From: Planctomycetota bacterium
Lineage (GTDB): Bacteria > Planctomycetota > B15-G4 > JADJEK01
Assembly: GCA_044225365.1 (NCBI GenBank)
Contig: JBGAIQ010000091.1
Span: 1 to 12,966 of the forward strand
Length of the DNA: 12,966 nucleotides
Reading direction: 5' to 3'
Shown: positions 7,854-12,966 of the stretch, piece after piece
How positions within the stretch are numbered: position 1 is the first letter of the stretch
Layout: every line of letters begins with the position of its first letter
Translations under genes and position numbers: made by a program
The notes under the pieces: model-generated
What the model saw: only the letters and a program-made list of their open reading frames with translations
Database searches by the model: none
What the model was told of the DNA's origin: nothing

Positions 7854-9119
7854 TCAGGGCGTGTTCAGGTAGATCAGGTGATCGGTCGGCATCACGTTCC
7901 CGAAGAGCGGGAAGGTCGGCGTGGTGCCGAGGACGTAGGTCCAGTTGTCCGAGAGATCGTGGAAGTTCTGGGTGAGGGCGGTTCCGGGGAAGCCGATGAC
8001 CGGCCAGCCGCCGCGCGTCGACGCGCCGTAGTAGACCTCGAACGCGTCGCTCTGCGCGCAGACGTCGTGCGAGCGGAAGAGACCTTCGTCGACCCACACG
8101 CGCTCCTGGCCCGGCCACACGCCGCCGTTCGTCCAGCTACCGATGCTCGACAGCACGACGTGCGGCCACGGAATGTTCGGGAAGGAGATCATCTGGGAGG
8201 CGAAGTTCGCGCTCTGGCCCGTGGTGTCGACGCAGGTTCCCTGGCCGACCATGACGGCCGCGGTGATGTGCGGCGGCGCGGCCGCGAGGGGACAGAGGCA
8301 GCCGGTGCCGATCGGGTTCATGCCGCCGACGTTGATTCGATCTTCCGCGGAGCAGAAGTTCGGGCCGGCCGGGCTCGTCGCGTTGCGCAGGCCTTCCGCG
8401 ACGAAGGCGCCGCCGAGCGCGTTGAGATTGCTCGGGATGAAGGGCGCGGCCGTCGTGTGCGGCGCGATGATCCCGTACGAACGGTTGGGATGGAAGACGC
8501 CGCCGTTCGCCGCGAGGCCCGGGCGGTGGATCAGGAAATCACAGGCGTGGTACATCGTGATCGCCTGCTTCCACGCGCCGGTCTGACAGTCGAGCGAATA
8601 GTCGACGTAGCCGTAGAAGAACGCGGTCGGGAAGTTGGTGAGCGGCGCGATGCAGTTCGGGACCGGGCAGCCCGGCGAAACGGCGGCCGGGGAGACGTTC
8701 ATGAGATCGGCCTTCGCCGTGAAGCGCCAGTTCTGGAACTTGAGCGTGGTGCCCGGCATGAACTCGGTCCAGGTGCGCGTGTAGTTCAACGTCATCGCGC
8801 CGTCGAGCATGGGCATTCCCGTCGCGCCGTCGAACACGTGGAGCTTCGTCAGGTAGTTCCCGCACGAGGGCTGGAACAGCGGGTCCCAGGTTACTTTCAG
8901 TAGCTGCTGCTGGTTCGGTACGCAGTTGTTCCAACAGACTCCGAGGCCGGGCTGGGCGCCGGCCGGGAACTGCGGGAGATTCGGGACCACGGGCTGGCAG
9001 CAGCCGGCGAGGTCGAGGAGGTCGTTGCCGACGCAACCGCCCGAAGCCTGACCGAGGGCGCTCCCGGCGAGTGCGGCGATTCCGAGGACCGTCGTTACGA
9101 GAAGGGACTTGCTGAACAT
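7854..9119 (-). CDS. Cysteine-rich secreted protein of unknown function (~421 aa)
   Basis: GGAGG (9133-9129) lies 9 nt before ATG 9119; ATGs at 9125 and 9128 are too close to the SD. Signal peptide MFSKSLLVTTVLGIAALAGSALG|Q, 15 Cys, strong codon bias. No family recognised. Confidence 0.85.
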   Translation of the reverse strand: MFSKSLLVTTVLGIAALAGSALGQASGGCVGNDLLDLAGCCQPVVPNLPQFPAGAQPGLGVCWNNCVPNQQQLLKVTWDPLFQPSCGNYLTKLHVFDGATGMPMLDGAMTLNYTRTWTEFMPGTTLKFQNWRFTAKADLMNVSPAAVSPGCPVPNCIAPLTNFPTAFFYGYVDYSLDCQTGAWKQAITMYHACDFLIHRPGLAANGGVFHPNRSYGIIAPHTTAAPFIPSNLNALGGAFVAEGLRNATSPAGPNFCSAEDRINVGGMNPIGTGCLCPLAAAPPHITAAVMVGQGTCVDTTGQSANFASQMISFPNIPWPHVVLSSIGSWTNGGVWPGQERVWVDEGLFRSHDVCAQSDAFEVYYGASTRGGWPVIGFPGTALTQNFHDLSDNWTYVLGTTPTFPLFGNVMPTDHLIYLNTP

Positions 9120-9261
9120 GATCATCATCCTCCGCGGCGCCCGGTTTCGTCGATGGCGACCGCACTGTGTTGCGATGCGATCCCTAGATCACAATGCGTA
9201 CCCATTGCGCAGGGCGGTTCGCGGATCGCCGTAGCACTACGAAAGAGTCACGAGTTGTGAC

Positions 9262-9287
9262 GGAACGCCGGATCTAGACTGCGCGTC
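9262..9287 (+). promoter_or_regulatory. Possible ECF-sigma promoter (GGAAC-N17-CGTC) upstream of the cytochrome c maturation operon
   Basis: GGAAC at 9262-9266 and CGTC at 9284-9287 resemble the generic ECF -35/-10 consensus. The motif is short and could occur by chance. Confidence 0.25.
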
Positions 9288-9438
9288 CGATCGATGCGAA
9301 ACGCGGCAGTCGGCATCGCCTCGCGTGTCGCGTTTCGCTGCGACGGGTCGTTGGCTTGGTCCTCGCTGTGCACGGCTCCCATCGAAGAGACCCCGCATTC
9401 CGATCGTGCGACCCGCTGCCGCTGCGACAACGGGCCGC

Positions 9439-10641
9439 ATGAATCGTGGATAGGCCGAGCTTTGCGGGCGTCCCCGTCTCTTCGCCCTGCTACCGGCCTG
9501 CGATGACGGGGGTGGCAAGGTCGTGACGAAGACGATCGCGAGCAAGCGGGAGATCGACACCACCGGCAAGGGCGACAAGCTGGACGCGCCCCTCCTCGAA
9601 CGAATGATCACGGCGGACCAACTCGAGAACCTGCGCCGGCGGTCGGCTGCCTCGTCCAAAGCAGACCCCCAATCCAGCGGATCGATCCGGGATTTCTTCG
9701 CCGTCAGCGTGCCGGCCGGATGGAAGGAACTCCCCGCGGCGCAGTTCCGCGACATCAACTTCGCGGTCGGGCCGAACGGCGAAGCGTCCTGTTATCTCAC
9801 GTTCCTGCAAGGCAGCGCCGGAGGGGCTCGAAGCAACGTCGACCGGTGGCGAAAGCAGTTCGGGCTCGCTCCGATCTCCGATGCCGACTTCAGCGCGATG
9901 CAGCACGTGACGGTTCTCGGTCGTGACTCCGTACTGGCCTCGTTCGAGGGGACGATGACGGCGATGGAGGAGCCTGCAAAGGAAGGCCAGGCGATGGTCG
10001 GCGTGTATGCCGAGTTCCCGGCCTTTGGGATCACCGTGAAGTTCGTCGGCCCCAAGGAGATCGTCGCCGCCGAGCGAGGCAACTTCGATCAGTTCATTCG
10101 AACGCTCGGATTCAACCAGGGCGCTGCCGCGGGCGCCGGCACGAGCGGCGCGGAGTCCGCGCCGCCGGCCGCGACCCCGCCGGCCGCGAACTCGGGCGCG
10201 GGAAGTGCGCCCGGGATCAAGTGGCAGGTGCCCTCCGGATGGACCGTCGGCAGCGGCTCGTCGATGCGCCTCGTCACGCTCGACGTCCCCGGCGGCGCGC
10301 AGCTCTGGGTCACACCTCTCAGCGGCGGCGCGGGCGGCGTGAAGGCGAACCTCGATCGCTGGCGCCACGAAGTGGGAATGGCTCCGCTCACCGAAGACGA
10401 ATTCAATGCGCTGCCCAAGCTGAAGATCCTGGGCGTCGATACGCCATGGGTCGACGTCTCGGGCGCCTACAAGGGAATGGGTGGACCGACGACATTGCCG
10501 GCGGTGGCGCGCGTGTTCGCCGCGGCGTGCGCGCAGCCGGATTCGCTCGTGACGATCAAGATGGTCGGCCCGCCGGAGACGCTCGAGAAGGAGCGCTCGC
10601 ACTTCACTGCATTCTGTCAATCGCTCGAGGTCGCCAAGTGA
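9439..10641 (+). CDS. Probable lipoprotein with two tandem homologous domains, first gene of the ccs operon; 5' end disrupted (track ORF starts at 9523)
   Basis: The frame upstream of GTG 9523 reads LFALLPAC (lipobox Cys at 9499), but an in-frame TAG at 9451 follows ATG 9439. Two internal repeats: VPAGW..GGARSNVDRWRKQFGLAPI..TVKFVGPKEIVAAERGNFDQFIRTL and VPSGW..GGVKANLDRWRHEVGMAPL..TIKMVGPPETLEKERSHFTAFCQSL. They are joined by an Ala/Pro/Gly linker. The stop overlaps the next start (GTGA). Confidence 0.75.
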
Positions 10642-11885
10642 ACGAGTCTCCGAAAGCGAAACGATCGATCCTCGCGCTCATCATCGATGGGCTGTCGTCG
10701 TTCGGTCTGTCGTGCTGCCTGCTCATCATGCTGCTCTACCTCACCTGGCGCGGAACGCTCGCTCAGGTGGAGCTCGGGTTGAAAGAAGCGCAAGCTCGCT
10801 ACTTCGACGCGATCATCGCGCGCGACAATCTCGCCGACTTCGCATACCAACTGCCGTTCTCCGACACGATCCGCCATCTGCCCGACATCACGCTGTACCT
10901 GCCCGGCGCGTACCTCGTGCTCGCCGTGCTGGTCGTCAACCTGATCCTGGGCGGCATCATTCGTATCCGCAAGAGTCGGGCGACGCTGGGAGTCCTCATC
11001 GCTCACTTCGGGATCCTGATCATCGTCGCGGCGGGCGTCGTGAAGTTCCACGACTCCGACGAGGGCTACGTCGACTTCGCCGAAGGCGAGTCGGTGCGCG
11101 ACTTCGTGAGCTACTACGATTGGGAGATCGCGATCCGCGAGTACCACGACGCCACGAAGGCCAGTGAGTGGATCATCCCGCAGAGCGACTTCGGTGACCT
11201 TCGCCTCAACGACCGCGCGATCTTCCAATCGAACGAACTGCCGTTCGATCTCGAGATGCGGAGCTACTCACGAAATTCGCAGCCCACTCGCCTCAGCGAC
11301 CCCACCCTTCGGGGCGACACCATTGCCGATGGCTTTGCGCTGCAATCCATGAAGCTCGATCCCGACGCCGAACGGAACGCCGCGGGGTGCATCGCCGTGC
11401 TGACGCCGAAGGACGGCAGCTCGCCCGATCACGTGATCCTATGGGGTGGAGTCGAGCGGCGGCCCTTCACGAAACATCTCGGTGGCAAGACGTTCACGAT
11501 CGACCTGCGAAAGAAGCGCTATCCCTTGCCGTTCGCGCTTCGCCTCGAGAAGTTCCATTCCAGCACGCACCCTGGAATCATGGTCGCGAAGGATTTCAGC
11601 AGCGACGTGACGCGGATCGAAGGGCCCTCCGAACACGCGGTGAAGATCAAGATGAACGAACCGATGCGGGCCGCGGGGCACATCTTCTATCAAGCGAAGT
11701 ATCGCGAGGCTAAGAACTCGCCCGACGGGATGGAGCACTCGATCCTCGCCGTCGTGCGCAATCCATCGGACCGCTGGCCCCTCATTGCCTGCATCGTGAT
11801 CGCCTGCGGGCTCGTTCTCCATTTTGGCGATAAACTGATTCGGTACGCACGCTCCCAATTTGCGCGCAGGAGTTCCGTCGTATGA
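10638..11885 (+). CDS. resB: Cytochrome c biogenesis protein ResB/CcsB-like (~415 aa)
   Basis: GTG 10638 overlaps the upstream TGA. Three N-terminal hydrophobic segments with His in GVLIAHFGILII, a large soluble domain with LPFALRLEKF, KDFSSDV and IKMNEPMRAAGHIFYQ, then a C-terminal TM helix after RNP. This is the ResB/CcsB layout. Confidence 0.82.
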   Translation: MNESPKAKRSILALIIDGLSSFGLSCCLLIMLLYLTWRGTLAQVELGLKEAQARYFDAIIARDNLADFAYQLPFSDTIRHLPDITLYLPGAYLVLAVLVVNLILGGIIRIRKSRATLGVLIAHFGILIIVAAGVVKFHDSDEGYVDFAEGESVRDFVSYYDWEIAIREYHDATKASEWIIPQSDFGDLRLNDRAIFQSNELPFDLEMRSYSRNSQPTRLSDPTLRGDTIADGFALQSMKLDPDAERNAAGCIAVLTPKDGSSPDHVILWGGVERRPFTKHLGGKTFTIDLRKKRYPLPFALRLEKFHSSTHPGIMVAKDFSSDVTRIEGPSEHAVKIKMNEPMRAAGHIFYQAKYREAKNSPDGMEHSILAVVRNPSDRWPLIACIVIACGLVLHFGDKLIRYARSQFARRSSVV

Positions 11886-12966
11886 GCCGAAATCTTACTT
11901 CCCTCGCTCGGGTCAGCGCACTCCTGCTCGCCCTCACGGCGCTCGTTGCGTGCTCCCCGCCCGCCGTGCCGCAGATCGAGGCCGCGGTGCCGGGTCGCAC
12001 GGCGAAGTGGTCGAAGTCGACGCTCGAAGCCGCGGCGCGGATCCCGATCCAGGAGGGCGGCCGCGTGAAGCCGCTCGACACCTTCGCGCGGTTCCAGCTC
12101 CTCGAGATCTCGGGCAAGCGCAGTCTCAATGTCGCGATCAACGGCGAAGAGCAGGACATGTCGGCGCTCGAGTGGTTGCTCGACACCTTGTTCTTCCCGC
12201 GCCAGGCCGCGGATTATCCCGTGTTCCTCGTCGAGGACTAATCGACGGTCTGAAGAAGCGTGATCGCTACTCGTACGCGTTCCTCGCAAAGAACGAGAAG
12301 GAGATCTTCGACAAGGCCGGCGAGTATCGACAGCTCGAACAAATGTCGGGCGAGAAGGCTCTGGCACCGGTCCAGAAGCAAGTGATTCGCCTCGCGCAGA
12401 TCATCTCGCAATTCGAACAACTCAGCTATGCGTTCCTCCCCGCTCGCACCGGGGTTGATCTCGAGAAGACGTATGCGACGCTCGCGCCGGAGTTCCCGGG
12501 TCGCAAGGTCGTGCCGCTCGTCGAATTCGTCGATCGCTTGCCCAAGCTCGCGAAGCGTCACGATTCGCTCGTCGCCGATGGCGGCGACAAGCCCGCGTCG
12601 GAGGAGTTGCTCCAACTCTCGGGCGTCCTCTCCGACCTGCAGGCCTACGCAAAGGCGCGAATCGATCTTCGCCTCTTCCCATCGCCCGCCGGTGACGAGG
12701 ACTGGTTCTCGCCGAGCGATCTCGTGATGCGCGGATTCCTGTCGACCGAGGGTCTCGAGCCGCAGTTCGCGGCGTTGAAGACGCTCTACGACTGCGTGCC
12801 GAGCAATCTCCGCGGCGTCGAGATGGCGGCGATCGAGAGGGGCATCGCCGACTTCGGCGCCGCGACCCGCCAACTCGCCGATGCACGCGGCCAAGCCGGC
12901 AAGATCGACATGGAAGTGAGTTATAACAAGGCGCAGTACTTCACGATCGCGCAGTGGACGTTCGTG
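11882..12966 (+). pseudogene. ccsA: Cytochrome c assembly protein CcsA-like, frameshifted at ~12240 (pseudogene or sequence error), 3'-truncated by window edge
   Basis: ATGA overlap with resB. N-terminus has LVAC and IPIQEGGRVKPLDTFAR, a motif I associate with long PVC/Bacteroidota-type CcsA. TAA at 12239-12241. A different frame starting at 12241 stays open for 242 codons to the window end (IDGLKKRDRYSYAFL...KIDMEVSYNKAQYFTIAQWTFV). The diagnostic WWD domain is outside the window. Confidence 0.72.

Noticed and set aside
7854-9119. Cys-rich protein as a c-type cytochrome substrate of the neighbouring operon
   Set aside because: It has no CxxCH motif; CWNNC and CPVPNC are not followed by His.
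9451-9453. Pyrrolysine or recoded TAG
   Set aside because: There is no pyl context, the position is in a signal peptide, and a single-base indel explains it more simply.
12239-12241. Programmed ribosomal frameshift in ccsA
   Set aside because: No slippery sequence or evident stimulatory structure, and I know of no precedent in this family.

Overview
High-GC bacterial window; the gene architectures resemble Planctomycetota/PVC (inference, no database search run). Left to right: (1) the left end of an IS481-family insertion sequence running off the window on the minus strand, with its transposase start (MPWTESRMGDRTKFIECWK...) missing from the ORF track; (2) an ~1010-aa ECF sigma factor fused to one TM helix and a long extracytoplasmic array of carboxypeptidase-regulatory-like repeats; (3) two co-oriented secreted beta-propeller-type proteins, one with 7 FG-GAP repeats and one with a Cys-containing C-terminal domain; (4) a strong terminator hairpin; (5) a convergent, Cys-rich secreted protein of unknown function; (6) a divergent, translationally coupled system II-type cytochrome c maturation operon (duplicated-domain probable lipoprotein, resB/ccsB, ccsA, truncated at the right edge). 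That operon has two apparent reading-frame lesions, at ~9451-9480 and ~12240. The best candidates for new biology are the membrane-tethered sigma factor with its adjacent secreted proteins, the uncharacterised lipoprotein coupled to ccsB-ccsA, and the Cys-rich secreted protein.
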